Numbered from the stretch's first letter, positions 14,312 to 29,336 are shown. The stretch is 64,000 nt of DNA from Octopus sinensis (GCF_006345805.1 NC_043012.1:18972001-19036000), one strand, 5' to 3'. Numbers and translations: made by a program. Notes: generated by a model from the letters alone, not told the origin.

Positions 14312-16189
14312 TAACCAAAAAGCAAAGCAATCGTGCTGGAAAAAATAAAATGTCTAATTAATAGTTACAATAGATTACTTTGGACATACGTCAAAGTTTC
14401 GAGTTTAATAGAATCATAAAATGTCCAGATGCTTCTGAAGGCTAGTAATCAAATGAAAACATATCTTCTATATAACATATAGGAAAAGAAAGTAAAAACA
14501 TAATAATGCCTTCTTAAATGTGAGTACTTATTATTAGAATTACTTATGTGTATACAATGTCTAGAATTCTGACATCTATAGACCAACTGAGACAATTTCG
14601 TATTTAAAATATATTCGAACACGAAATGGGATGAGATATTATAGAAGAATATATATCATAATGTTTGTTTCTCTGGTTGTGCAATGAATCATAAATATTT
14701 CCTCATTTTAAAAGAATTTTGATAGTTATAAACTTTAGATTTATCCGTATGTTCTATATGAGACTTGTTACTGGTTTTCTTTTATATAACTCTGTAACAA
14801 TTTTTTTGATTTGTAGCAGAATAACCTAATTGCTTGCACAATACCGATATTTATATAAACATGTGCATGTGTGGTGTGTGCGTGTGTACGTATGCATCTT
14901 TGCACGTGTCTGCACAAGTCTGAGTGTGTGCATATGTATATGCATGCGTGTGTTTGTGCACGCATTCGTGCTTGCATTCAAAAGTACCGTAAATTAATCT
15001 CTGTAGCTTCATTCTCTTACAATGCGCCTATTCTGAATTTAGTCATGCCTCACAGAAATATTTCCAGCTTCTTTAGAAAAAAAATGATTTTAGTGACGGT
15101 AAAATGTGACAGGAGATCAAAGACTGAAAACAGTAAATAATTACAAAGAAAAGAAAGGCTTAAAATTCTAAGCTTTCTTACTACAGCCGATAACTAGTTT
15201 TATTTTGTTTATTTTATAACACTGAATATTCATCTCTACAAGGAACGTGAAACATTTAAACAGATAATTGTTAAACTAAAGCTTAAAGTGGATTGCTATT
15301 GTAATTCAAGTGCGAGTGCGTAATCTTTGTCCCCACTTAAACGGATGTATATTTGCAGATATTGTGCATATGGTTTCAATTTAAATAAGATACATATACA
15401 ATATTCTTCAAGTTACCAGCAGTATATTATTCGTACATCATTGTCTTTCATCGTGCATCTATTAACAACAAAAAGCATTCATATGTTTAGAGACTAATTA
15501 GTGGAAAAAAAGCCCAGTTAAAACTCGAAGAAAGAAGAATTACGGTTTTACCCCGAGGAATATACAATGCTGTCAACATGATCTTGTTACATAAATCGAA
15601 TTGAACCCAAGTGCAATCAAGTGTTATTTGTATTTTCGAAATATCAGTATAATACATATTTCTTCACAACTTGGCTTGTCAAAAAAATTAAAAAAAGAAA
15701 TCGAAATATTGTTTTCAAAGTTTCTATCACATGAGAAAGGAGATATAATTATTATATGCATTACACTTTCTAATAGAAATTCTGAAAAAATAATATTCTT
15801 TAACAAATACAGCCCGCAAGATAAAACCAATACATAAACATTGTATTATGTTAATAATATTTCCTATCAAAATTGCACTGAAAAGACTATAATTTAATTT
15901 AATTTTGAATATAGTTTCAAAGTTTGATGCTGAATTCTTACATTTAATAGCTCTCATACTCTCTGGCATTTCAAAATATGTAATTTAGCTGTGACTTTTC
16001 AATCTATTTCCACATACTACTCACGTATTTATCTATGCATGTATATGCTTGCGAATAAATATAATGCAAGTGAAACCTGAATAATAAGCGATGATTTTTC
16101 ACAAAAACACACTAATATGTAACACAAACACGGTGGTAGACACACATACGCCACAGCGTATTTATATATATATATATATATATTTACAA

Positions 16190-16259
<70 letters not shown>

Positions 16260-18816
16260 TATGTTATTATGTATGTGTATGGGTGTATGTATTTATATAT
16301 ACATATATATATATATCTACATATGTATATACTCATATATGCATATGTATATATATATATATGCATATATATAGATACGTATGTATATAGACACACATAC
16401 ATACATATATATATATATATGTGTGTGAATATATGCATATCTATCTGTATGCAGGCATGTATTTATTCAGTTGTGTGTGTGTATGTATGTATATATAAGC
16501 TTACAGATACATGCAAATACAGATCTACATGAGATTAAATGTTACATTCTAACTGCAACAATGTTATTATAATGCGTATACACGTGCACAAACTCAGCGG
16601 ATTAAGAATATTAAATGTATTTTTGGACCTGGGTGTTTGTGTTTGTGTTCGTGTGAAGTAAATCTGTGGTAGAACCGAAACTTTCGCGTAAATTATGTAT
16701 AAAGCCTATGCTACGCTAATTGACGCATTTGTATGGGCAGACTTTATAAACACTGACTGATGAAATTTTCTGATACAATCATAACATCAACGATACATTG
16801 CATATCTGTGTTTGTAAGTAAAGAGTGTACTTGCTGGAAAAGTGATAATAAATGTACATATGACACAGGATGCTAATAAAAGCATACGCTGCTTTAGTTT
16901 AGTGTTTCCTTTTAGAGAAGGACGACCGAACTGGGAGGAGTGAAATTTAGATTAAAATGCGAAATAAAAGAAATGGCTATGGTAACAACATCTACCAGAC
17001 GGACGCACCAGCGCTGTGTTCAGTTGTTTATTTTATATATAGGTATCTCTACAAGGAGTACATTACTGCTTTGTTTCATCCTAAAACTAAAACACAAACT
17101 ATGATACTATAACACTCTGTTTCGGAATGAGCATTAGCGTCCAAGATGTACTCGGAATAATTTTTCTACTTTTTGGATATCTAATTTATGCCATATTTAT
17201 ATATACAATTATGTATAGGCAAATCAACAAACGTAATGCTAGGTCAAAATACAAAAATACACGAAGTGCGGTCATAGCTGTCCTTCCCCTTATTATTAAA
17301 CTGAAAACACATCACAGTTTTCTGATTTGCATACCCAATCGTTTAAACATAATTTTCCACTCTGACCTGTTTCTATGTCGTCATAGAAACTAAAGGTATC
17401 ATTACCATCGAACAGTTCAAATTCAGCTACTCGACATCTACTGCAGGACACGTTTGAAACAAAGCCCTCTTCAAGTCGATACACAGTAGGAGACTACGAC
17501 ACCAAAAGTGGCCGGTTTACAGCTAGCAAGGAAGGAAAAATATATTGTTTGGCTACTTGCTGCGCATTGTTGTTGTTTCTCAACCATTATGATGATAACA
17601 ACGGGAAACACTTGTCAGAAAAGATCAATAATATACCTTTAAATTTTTCCATTACGAAAGTTCGTTACAATTGTGTCATTTTTACACATCACTCTAATAG
17701 CCATTCAAGATAAACAATTGATACTTGGAGGCCAGTGCTTTATCTTACGTTTCGACGTCTGGCATGAAATCACATTACCCAGATTCGGTACAAAAGACTA
17801 AGTTACAGTAGTATAGTAATTCGCTTATATGTTACACTTAATGAGTGAAAGAGTCTGTCACATGTAGGACAATTATCGTCTGGCTTTATAAGATCTTGCT
17901 ATGTTGTTTTTATGCTTGTAGATGAAATATTAATAATTATTTGTACCATTATGTCGTCAGTCAAAGCCATGGAATTTTATATGCACATTTTCCATCTCGG
18001 ATTGCAGAAAGTTTCGTATTTGGTGGAAATGCAGCCCTAGTAAAATTAAAGCTTCTATTTAGGAGGTGCTAATAAGTATGTTACTTGCAATATCAGCAAA
18101 GGATCGTCCAAAGCAGAGTCTAAAACATCCAAATTGTCATTTGCGATGTATTTACAATAGCCTAAAATGCCTCATATTTACATCTCAAATCTAAGTATAT
18201 CCATCAAATACAAAATGAATGGAAATAACTCAGTTCTCTTGTTTGAAGATTATGTCTAGATGTTCTCAGATAAATACAAGTATGGGAAATTAAGGTTATT
18301 TAAAGTCTTCCAAGATGAAGAAGCAAGTTACATAATTATGATATCGCTTGAGATGAGGGCTTTGTCCACCTGGATCTAAGCAAGTAATCATTAAGGAAAT
18401 ACACAACTAAAATTAATATAAGCAGCTAATATAAGCAGGATATTGAAAACTTAAACCAGCTTCCCTGCCAGATATGGAAGTTGCAGGCAGGGACTTGTAA
18501 GATGTTAATGAACTACCCGTATATATATGACAAATCAATATTACCTCCACAATTCTTTTCAGAGCTACCTTTCATGTTAATGTATAAGGGTCTATCTTTG
18601 CGTGTGTGAGTAATTGTGCCCATTCATGTGTTACACAGAATGAGTTTGTGTACGTTATATGGAAAATAAATCAAGTCATTGAGACTATTTCAACTGGAAG
18701 TATGGAAAACAATTACATTTTGGAAAAATTAAAAGAAAAGTTTCTTAAAAGAATTTTTGATTAGTGTTCAAATACAAGTGGCATTTTCCTTGTTGCAACC
18801 TGTTTCTGTCTGTCTT

Positions 18817-18916
18817 GAATACCCTCGCGGGTTCGCGGTCGTTGTGAATTCTTGGTAAAGAAGAAGAAGAAGAAGAAGAAGAAGAAGAAGAAGAAGAAGA
18901 AGAAGAAGAAGAAGAA

Positions 18917-18948
<32 letters not shown>

Positions 18949-18955
18949 AGAGGAA
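18817..18955 (+). repeat. (AAG)n tract preceded by a short GC-rich segment, possibly a non-LTR element 3' tail
   Basis: GAATACCCTCGCGGGTTCGCGGTCGTTGTGAATTCTTGGTAA is followed directly by ~30 AAG units. Confidence 0.6.
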
Positions 18956-19280
18956 ATAAGGAAAATACCACTTGTATCTGAATACTATGCAAATATTCTT
19001 TTAAAAAAGATTTAAAAATTTTCCAAAATTTAATTGTTTTCCATACTTAAAGTTTTAAATGTCTCAATGACTGAGACCGGTACTGAATGTTTTTTCTAAA
19101 AATATTTTAGCATTTTCTACCTTCACTTTTTTGCATATATATATATAATATATATATATATATAATATATATATATATATGCCGCTTTATCTAGTTATCT
19201 CGCTGCCTGGTTGACTTTGTAGATGAACGTCCAGCACGTTACGCATTCTATATATGTGTATATAGACATACATCACGTAT

Positions 19281-19314
<34 letters not shown>

Positions 19315-21902
19315 GCATGTATATCTATCTTTCTATCAATCTATCTACATATATATACACCCACATATATCCATAGTTAAAATGTCTAAACAGAAAACCG
19401 TATAACAGCTGTTTTGAAAAGTTGACCTAGTTAGTATATGCGAATGTTGGTAGGCTTCAAGTAGTTACTGGAAATGCACTGCCTCCAATATGAAAACATA
19501 AATCGATGATAAAGCGTAGTAGACAATTTGAATGTCACCCGTCTAACCGAACTCTTCTGAGTTTGATGTTGCTCATGATTTTATTCACATCTATTTGTAT
19601 CATTGCTGTCACACCTAAATATTTTCAGAAATTCATATATGTCACAAATGCTTGCTTTAACCCAATGATTACATAATGTACAGTTGCTGACAAGTATACA
19701 AGTACATCTGCTATCTAAGGGACAATATCACAGTACCAATTGCTTATTATTGAAAAAATTCAGACACGGTGAAATGTTGATGTGAGGATCCGTATTACAT
19801 AATGGATACGATTTTGCAGATTCAGTAAGGTGGTAATCCACGCGGCATTCTTCCTATTTCTTTGTGCTCTGGTTTCAAATAATCTCGAGATCAAGTTTCT
19901 GTTTTATATTTATGGGGTTGATTAAAACATAAATTTACATAGACGCATTGGTTTGAACTTGTAGAGCATAGAACATGATGCGTCGCATTCGTTATTTGAC
20001 ATACTACTGCACTGACAAGGGTAGCAATGGGGCATATTTATATAGGTCATTACAAAAAAAAATAATTTTCTTGATACAACAGTGGTGGGTTCTTGAGGAT
20101 TTAAATTATTATAGCAAATAGAGAAAAAAAACATTTGCATGTCATCCAGTTACGTGTAATTGTCCCTAAATTCGAGTATATCCTTTAGAATCATTTAAAC
20201 CTGTTTTCCAGTCTACTTGGCGAATACCCTGGTTCATTTCGTTTTGAAATTGAGCTGATGATTAACAACAATAACCAGTTATAAATTATTCTTATTTGCA
20301 CTTCAGCATGTGAATAGAGGTTAATTATTAACATCTACATTTCATTTTAAAATACCACTAGAGTCGATATTGATCATTTGATGCAAATCGTCTCCGTGAA
20401 TAACAGAAATAACTATAATTGGAATTGATGCCAACATTTTTCTCCTGCCGTCGTGCCAAGTCTTTCATCTGATGAATTAAAGTACGCGCAGTAAGAGAGA
20501 TACTTAGAATCATAAATACTGTATTTCGATTCGAGATTGATAAATCTATAATGAAGGAACATAACTTCAAAATTCCAGCAAACGGATATCCAAGAGAAAG
20601 TAACAGCACATTGCCATAAATTGCGTGATATGTTAAAATTTGTTTTTAGTTCTGAAAGGAACAACCGGACAATCTAATAGCTATTTACAACGCTAATCAA
20701 ACATGCTATGCACGCTCATTCTAAGGCTGCAATTTGTCGATGAGTATTATGGAACCACATATTATTAAATGCTACTAAAACTAAAAAGCGCACTTTTGTG
20801 CATTTCTCGATAGATAAACGAACACGTCTGGAACAAATTATCGATTTTTGAAGAACAATATTTTACCTACTTTGTCGTACAAATCCTATTTCATGCGAGA
20901 ATAATTCATAAATAAAAGATTCAAGGACGCCTTTTGGGATACATCTCTACATTTCGCTTTGTATATCTGTGAATGATATGCATTCAGCGATGAAAGAGGG
21001 ACAATAGAAATACTTCATAATAATCAACATAAATCTAAATAAACGTTTCATTTGTATGATTTGAACATATATTTCACTACATATGACATATTATGACATA
21101 TATATTTCCCACGAACGAATATTTCCAAGAGATCTTATAATAATCATCATATGTATTTATATACGTACACGTAATGAGAGTGTGCGTAGGTGTTCCTATA
21201 TGAGTGCATGTATACATACATACACACGCATATATATATATATATATATATGCATGTATGTATGTATGTATGAGCATGTATGTATTTATATATAGACACA
21301 CATATACTTAACTGTATATAAATATCTATATCTGCATCATTGTGTACATAGATAGCGACACAAATAGATGTAACTAACCAAAACCTATTTAGGTATTACA
21401 CGCTTTCAAAGACGGAGGCTTGTTTTATTTTTTTTTATATCACATTCCTCCTGTGAGAATATCTATTTTCAAAACTTGTAGGTGTGTTTATTCAGAATAC
21501 TTGTATATTTATTTATCTGCTCCTCAAGACATAACTTCTAATATTATCAAAACTTGAAAACTATTGCATATTAAGCTGGATTTTTTTAAAAATAGAAAAG
21601 TAAAAACGGAGATGCTATTTTTTAAATCACGTAATTAAAATTCAAGATAAACAAATATTGAAAGTGTCACACATCATAGAAACCTGAAAATACATTAAGC
21701 TTATCTGCATTAAAATGAAAGATATATGCACATATATTTACATACACGATGACTACAAAATAACAGACTGTATATATATATATATGTTATTTTTTCTTTT
21801 ACGTTTAACCGAAAGAACTTAATTTTAGATAATTGGTACTTGGATAATGTTGACTAACTACGCTAGTTTCATATAGATCAGCGTACACCATTTAAATTTT
21901 CA

Positions 21903-22036
21903 AGTTAGTTAGTTAGTTAGTTAGTTAATTTGGCTCAAAAGCAAATAGCAAGGTCATGTAGGGGGACATGGAGTTAAGTACAGGGTGGTGTTCATGTAAA
22001 GAGTTCAGGCCACTTGAGGTCTTGAGGAAGTGAAAA
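21903..22036 (-). mobile_element. Probable short 3' end of a LINE with (AACT)n tail
   Basis: On the minus strand, an open frame HFLKTSSGLNSLHEHHPVLNSMSPYMTLLFAFEPN* ends directly in (AACT)6. It is locally GC-richer than its flanks. Confidence 0.4.
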
Positions 22037-25000
22037 CGAGAGTTAGCGAACTTAGGAGTTAATCATATAATACTTTTTTTTTTAAGATGCACGGAAAACA
22101 TTCGAAAATTCTATGGGCATATTTGTATATAAACACCAATGAAACCTATAATTTAGTTTACATTACATAAAACAGATTAAGGAACTAACAGAAATGTTTG
22201 GTTGTTTCAGTATCAACATATCTCTTTCAATGTTTCTTTAATGACTCTCTTCATTCTAACTGCATACATACATGAAGGTACAGATATAGATCCAGAAACA
22301 TCCAAATACATCCAGAAACATCTGCTTGTGTGAACCTAATATCTAGGTACACACAAGCAGGTGTGTGTACTTAGATATTAGAAATGTCAATTTCACAACT
22401 TATTTAATTCAAAGAGTGAAACAAAATGTCCATTAGAATTGAAGGTTCCATGTGTTTATCTTGCTACTGTTAATGGTTCTTGCTGTTCTTTTATATAATT
22501 ACTCTGTCTGGAAGGAGGACCAGTATACATGAAAACTTACAAGGTCTCCGATGCTGTGGAATGATGATAATGGAATTTCAGTCGCTGTAGCTCTGTGACA
22601 ACAAGGAAGCCATCTATAATGAGAAGAGCCCAATTTGCACATGTTCTTGACAATAAGTATTGTGCATGATTGTTAACAGCAATGGATCCTTATAAGTCCG
22701 TAACAAAGAATACATATATTTATTGCGCACATATTTAATGTAATGTACCGACTTGTTGGATGCTGGCATCAGGCAGGATCTTATCGAGGAGACTACTATT
22801 CATATGAATTCTAATGGTGACTTAACTGTCTGTGTCTTTGCCATTGGTCAAAGTAAAACATTATGGTATGTGTTCTTTACAAATTTACTAGTGAGGCTAG
22901 AGACACTCTTGCTATTTCTTCTAGGTGCTGGGGCAATACATAGTGGGGCGAGTAGTTATTTCAGCTATATGTGTTAGTTATTTATTGTGCTGAAATGCTG
23001 AGACCACTACCGGCAAACACTACAGTAAGTAAAGCTTCAATGATCAACGAAAGAAGCCGGATATCATTCTATTTTACATCAGCTCCTACACACACGACCT
23101 TCTCATGTGCATCAAGGCAGATATCTGTTTATTATATTTTGTTAATGATTTGCTTTTTTTGGCTTTTATCATTTTGGCTATTTCTGGTGTATAATTGAGA
23201 TTGTATTTTTTATGTTGCCTTGCGGGATATATTTTATTGATTCATTGATAACGATTTTATTAAATATATATACTGCAAAATCTACATTGATTTTACAGTG
23301 TTGGTGAATTCATAAAATGTTCACTGTGTTACTCGGCTGAATTCGTTCCGTTGGGCTGTTTCGAAATTTTTAAAGAGCGCTTTTGATGTTTTGATTCGCG
23401 TGGATGTGGAATGACTTTTTGACTGCCAGAGAAATTTACGCTGAATATTTTCCAAGGTTTGTAGTGAAGTTGAAAATTAGGTCGCTTGATTATCATGTCG
23501 ATCAAGTGTAAAATTATGGAGCTACAAGCTGCATGGGATATATAGGAGATTTATTTGTAACGATATAATATTAACATAATTATCTGTACAATTTGTCACC
23601 TGTCTGTTTCAAATGCATGTAAATCTCTTTTCACGTGGGTGTTTGCCGTTGAATAATAGATTCGTATTTGGCATATGCAATATGTTAAGCTGCACAGAGG
23701 GGCCGGTTACCGAATACGTGTATGCGTAAATGCTTCTGTACATTTGTACATACTAAAATGCTTACTGTCAATGATGTACTGCATTCTGATGGTCTCAATA
23801 TTCCTATTGCAGTAGTGATATACTTTGCAATTTTTATACTTATAACGATATACTATAATGATATACTTTGCAATATAATACTTGTGTGTATGTACTCACC
23901 TATTCAAAGAGATGTGAGTGTAATTTTGCATATTATATATATCGAAGTCAAGTAGCTATAAAATATCTCTGATATTTTTAGACGGTTCTATGTAATTAAA
24001 TTTCAGTCTTTAAATTGTATACTTTATTGTCTCTATTGCTATGTTATTCAGTTTTTTTTCTTTATTCGTTTATTAAACATTACATTTATGGATATATAAT
24101 TCCTAGATTTTACAGGTCCTTTCTCAAGGATATGACACTTTCTATGAGAAGGCGGACAAGTATACATGAAAACTCACAAGGTCTCATTTTCAATAATAAG
24201 GGGCATTTTCCTAGAGTAATTCTAAAACCGGGTTGCTGGTCGGGGTTTTCTAAATAACTTCATTTAAGATAATTATATAGGTTTAAGGTTTTCTTAATGT
24301 GGATTAGCGACTTCAGCGGTATCTGTCTATTAATATCTGACGTATATTCAAGATTGCATCATACTTTGTAACAATAGTTAAGACACCAAAGTAATAGTTC
24401 ATTTCCCTTTTTCGGTACGTGCTTCTCACATATTCTAGCTGGACAAAAGTCTAATGCAACAGTTAAGGAAGATTAAGAATTTTTAGGCGAGTATTCATTA
24501 GTGGAGGGGTGATAGAACTGAATATATATATGAGTATTGATTTTTTTCAAAATCCAATAATCATGTCTGCATAGTAAACGTCTATATGATTTTATTTCAA
24601 TAAGTTATATCTTTACACCTTCAAATGTCTAACAATCGCGTCTTACAAATCTTACGCATAAACATTATATAGATTTGATTAAACAAATATATGTAAATTT
24701 CTTTTCTGCTTATGCTTTATATTATATTATTTACTGCAAACGTTTCCTCTTTTCATTAAAAAATAAAATATTTGCAGCGTGCTACATTTCCTACGAGTAA
24801 TGTTGCACCTGTTGTGCTCATACTGACGAAGCAGACACCAACATTCACCGATATAAAACAGAAACCAGTACGCTTGATATAATTCTGTTTACATCAATTA
24901 TTCAGCATTAATTTCTTCAGAATTTGAAGGCCTCTAAACATGTACTGGTTTACTTTTAAAGACTCAACACTAATATTACATTGTTTATAAACTGTTGATA

Positions 25001-26776
25001 GTCAATTTTCAAATTACCTGTCCAGAGGCAATTTTAGTTGCTTAATTGTTCATAATCAATTATTGAGATTCCATGTTACTGCATCAAGATCGATCGATAT
25101 AATTGTGGTTTTCGTTTGAGGCTGTATGCACACCGAGAACGGAGTGTACAGTGCGTTTATACACATGCTTACATGTGCATGTGTGTTACTTTGATGTAAA
25201 TGAATATTAATTCAAGTGCTACGGAAACGGCTGAGATAGTCGGCATAAAGGCAACACGCGCAAATGTAATACACATTTAACTCTGCCATTCATCACTACA
25301 GAAGAGGTAGAAAATGCTCCGATTTTAATATACTGAATGATTCCATTCAACCATCAATGAATAACGCATCTATAATGTCAAGCAATGCTTGCTCGAATCC
25401 TATCAATAAAATATGCTTTGGATGAATGCATATCTCTGAAATTCGAAATATGTACAATATATAAATTTATTGCAAGGGGGTCCACGTGTTCAGCTGTGTA
25501 ATAGAGAATACTTTACAAAAGATATTTTACGTAGGGATTGTAATATTGCTAAATGTTGGCTGCTAAACTTTCTTCATCACATTTCAGCACATGCGCAAGC
25601 ATCAATCTAGAAACTGAACTTACAGTGGCATGAGATATAAACATATATTTCAATTTATAGACATTGCCTAGTCACCATAATTATAGCAAGAAAAAGCTAT
25701 AATCCATAGCTTCCTATTGCCAGTATGTCTGGCGGAATTCGGCTGCATCTCACAAACACGCGTACATATATGCATATATACATGGATACACTTAACCATT
25801 CATACACACATACATATGTATATATCTGTGTGTGTTTACCTGGATACAGGTTTTCTTTCTGACGAGGCATACGTCTTTGCATAAACACATGCACTTTATG
25901 AGTAAATGTTGTGAAATATTTTAACAAATATTTGCATTCGTTTTCCATGCATGGATACTAAGGCAACAATTACCCATCAGGCTTGATTATTGACCCTGAT
26001 TAATGCGATGTATTTCTTCAAAAGAGATAGTTACACGAAGAGCGTTTCTTGGGGTTTTTTTTGTTATTGTAGCAGTTTTCATTATATACAAATTCAACTG
26101 CTATCAAATATTAAATTTAATAGTAATATGCTTACCTAATTTCAAGGCACATGTTTGTTATTGAGTTATTTTCATTATTTATTTAACATATTTTTCACCC
26201 ATATAGATTTTGTTCGTTTTTATAGTTTTTATATTCTAGCATGACCAGTATATTTTATGTTTTAATGTATTTAATCTAGGACTTCCATAAATCTTCCCTC
26301 TGTCTGTCTCTCAATTTATCTCTCTGTCTCTGTATCTATGCATATGTATATCTATTCAAACATATGCATATGTGTATGTGAGTATGTATATAAATATATA
26401 TTAACCATATCTACATGCATACATAGTTACGCACGGACACACTTATATAACAGATATATTTGTATATCTTTCTGTATGATATCAGTACAATTATATGTCT
26501 GTACTATATTCTGTTCAATGAGTAATTCTGGGAGTTTAAATAGCATCTAATTATTATTCATTTAAGTCGCAAAGAACGTACACAACATGTACATAGCATA
26601 TGGCAGTTTGGCGACTGGAGAATTTCGAGTCCAAATTGTAAACTGTAATCTTTGGCCATATCGCGGTTCACCTATTATAGTTTATTAATTAAATTCATGT
26701 CCATTCCTCTGCAGTGTTGTTTTGCATTTATAATGAATTGAATATATACAAATTATGAAAAAAAAATAATAATAAA

Positions 26777-26820
26777 ATACAGTGCAGAACTGTTTCTACT
26801 TCGCGGATTTTCATCTATCG
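26777..26820 (-). mobile_element. Fragment of the same Tigger-like MITE as 10934-11187
   Basis: The reverse complement matches 10968-11011 at 40/44 positions. Confidence 0.7.
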
Positions 26821-27070
26821 TGGAGGGGGGTGTTTTCTCGAAGGTTTTCACAATGTCGAACACAATATTAATAGACAAAGTGTACAAGGGCCATTATCAC
26901 AGGAATGTAGAAAGTAGGCGTATTGTTAATTTTTTTCCATTTCTATACTTCCTTAAATATTTATCGATTATCTGAATCATTATATATATGACTGAGATCG
27001 ATACTCGTTCTTAAAATATTATGATCGTCTGTGTAGAAATAATGAAGTTTAAAAAAGCAGAAATACTACA

Positions 27071-27294
27071 CTTTTACTCTTTTACTTGTTTCAGTCTTTT
27101 GACTGTGGCCATGCTGGAGCACCGCCTTTAGTCGAGAAAATCGACCCCGGGACTTATTCTTTGTAAGCCCAGTACTTATTCTATCGGTCTCTTTTTACCA
27201 AACCGCTAAGTGACGGGGACGTAAACATACCGGCATCGGTTGTCAAGCGATGCTAGGGGGACAAACACAGACACACAAACACACACACGTATAC

Positions 27295-27360
<66 letters not shown>

Positions 27361-27522
27361 GACAGGCTTCTTTCAGTTTCCGTCTAACAATCCACTCACA
27401 AGGCATTGGTCGGCCCGGGGCTATAGCAGAAGACACTTGCCCAAGCTGCCACGCAGTGGGACTGAACCCGGAACCATGTGGTTGGTTAGCAAGCTACTTA
27501 CCACACAGCCACTCCTACGCCT
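27071..27522 (-). mobile_element. Full-length tRNA-derived SINE family A (CORE-like domain, internal (CA)n/(TA)n tract)
   Basis: The minus-strand head GGCGTAGGAGTGGCTGTGTGG (A box) ... GGTTCAGTCC (B box) is followed by CTTGGGCAAGTG (CORE-like), an internal microsatellite, a 3' body and a GTAAAAGA-repeat tail. It aligns end to end with the 30667 copy. Confidence 0.9.
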
Positions 27523-27927
27523 ATACTGTTATTGCATTTTTAATTTTAGATCCGTATTTTGTTCTGTGTGGCCAATTTTGTTTCTTCAAATGTAAATGCA
27601 ATCCATAAGGTTGGCGAGTTAATTGAACTGTTTTTTAAAAAAGATACAGGCATATTCCAGAAAAAAATGAAATTGATTTGAATATTTCTCGTGTCATTCT
27701 GAATATTTATCATGATATAAAATAGTTCCAGGACAGAAAATCTTGAATATATCATCGTGATTAGTTTGGGATAGAGAAGTGACAGATACCCATGGACTAG
27801 CAGAAGAAGACTGCTTAAGTGAAACCAGTGATGACCTGTAATTAATAAACGAGATTTGAAGATTAAAACGCAAATAATTGAATCCACATAAAAATCCGAC
27901 TACTTGGTAATTCTCGAATTAGGCCAT

Positions 27928-27983
<56 letters not shown>

Positions 27984-28017
27984 CAACATATGTACGTATG
28001 TTGTGTGAGTTTAGCTC

Positions 28018-28052
<35 letters not shown>

Positions 28053-28058
28053 GTATAT

Positions 28059-28108
<50 letters not shown>

Positions 28109-28237
28109 GTGTACAGGTAAAAAGAGTTAAATAAATAGATACTTAAATAGATAGATGGATAGATAGATAAGTAAATATATATATATATTTACTTATATGC
28201 ACACACATACACACATACAACACACACACACACAAAC

Positions 28238-28268
<31 letters not shown>

Positions 28269-28728
28269 CATATAACTACATAGGTGTATATATGCACCGA
28301 CGCGTGCAGATATGTATAATAGACACGTATAATATTCATTGGAGATATTAGCAAAACATGAAGCATTCAGCATATAAGAGTGAAATACAGAAGATGCTGA
28401 ATGAGTTGTAATTAACGTAATGTTTAGTACTGCATTATTTTTCATCTCAATAAAGGATTTTCATATATAAATCATTATAGGGATATACGGTATATCCGGA
28501 CGCTAATAATTTTAATAATATTCAATTGACATTACAAAGGAGATATCATATAAACAGCTGACGATACATGAAAGCAAATTTTTATGTGATAGACATGAAA
28601 CTTTCAATGAATAACTTAACTACACCTATGTAATTAGTATACACACACACGTACATACATATATACATGTGTGCATATATACGTATCTATGCATATATGT
28701 ATATATGTTTATAAATATTTTTATATAA

Positions 28729-28790
<62 letters not shown>

Positions 28791-29198
28791 AGTATATACA
28801 GAAACACACACACATACACACAACACACACACATATATATATATATAATATATATATATATATATACGTATATACATACACTCACTGCTTACAGATAGAT
28901 ATATGTATCTAAACTTCTGAAAACTAATGTCCAGTTAACTTCTGTTCTTGTACATAGTCGCCGATTATCTGCGTACGTTCTTATATTCTATATCTATTAA
29001 TTTACAGACATATTTCATTATGGCGTCAAACTACCATCAGTTATATGTGGATGTTATCATCAATTTATACTTAGATTTCTGAAGAATTACTTCGGAATGG
29101 ATATTAATACAATTCTCATTTCTTTGATGTAATAGAAAACAAGCACTTTACTATGCATTACCTAAACTATTTACTAATATATGTATCTCTATATATGC

Positions 29199-29254
<56 letters not shown>

Positions 29255-29336
29255 TTATACATATATGTGAGCGTATCCCTATATATATTTATACATGTGT
29301 GTGTATATCGATATGTATATATACACATATATCCTT

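Noticed and set aside
17127-17393. 88-aa ORF with a hydrophobic then basic stretch resembling a GPCR TM5-loop-TM6 segment
   Set aside because: There is no recognisable family motif or supporting splice context, and I/F/L/Y/K/N-rich ORFs are expected in AT-rich DNA.
17296-17522. Minus-strand strong acceptor at 17522 and a Cys-containing frame (SPTVYRLEEGFVSNVSCSRC...)
   Set aside because: All frames from the strong acceptor close within 17 codons, the longer frame needs a weaker acceptor, and the Ig-like resemblance is too vague.
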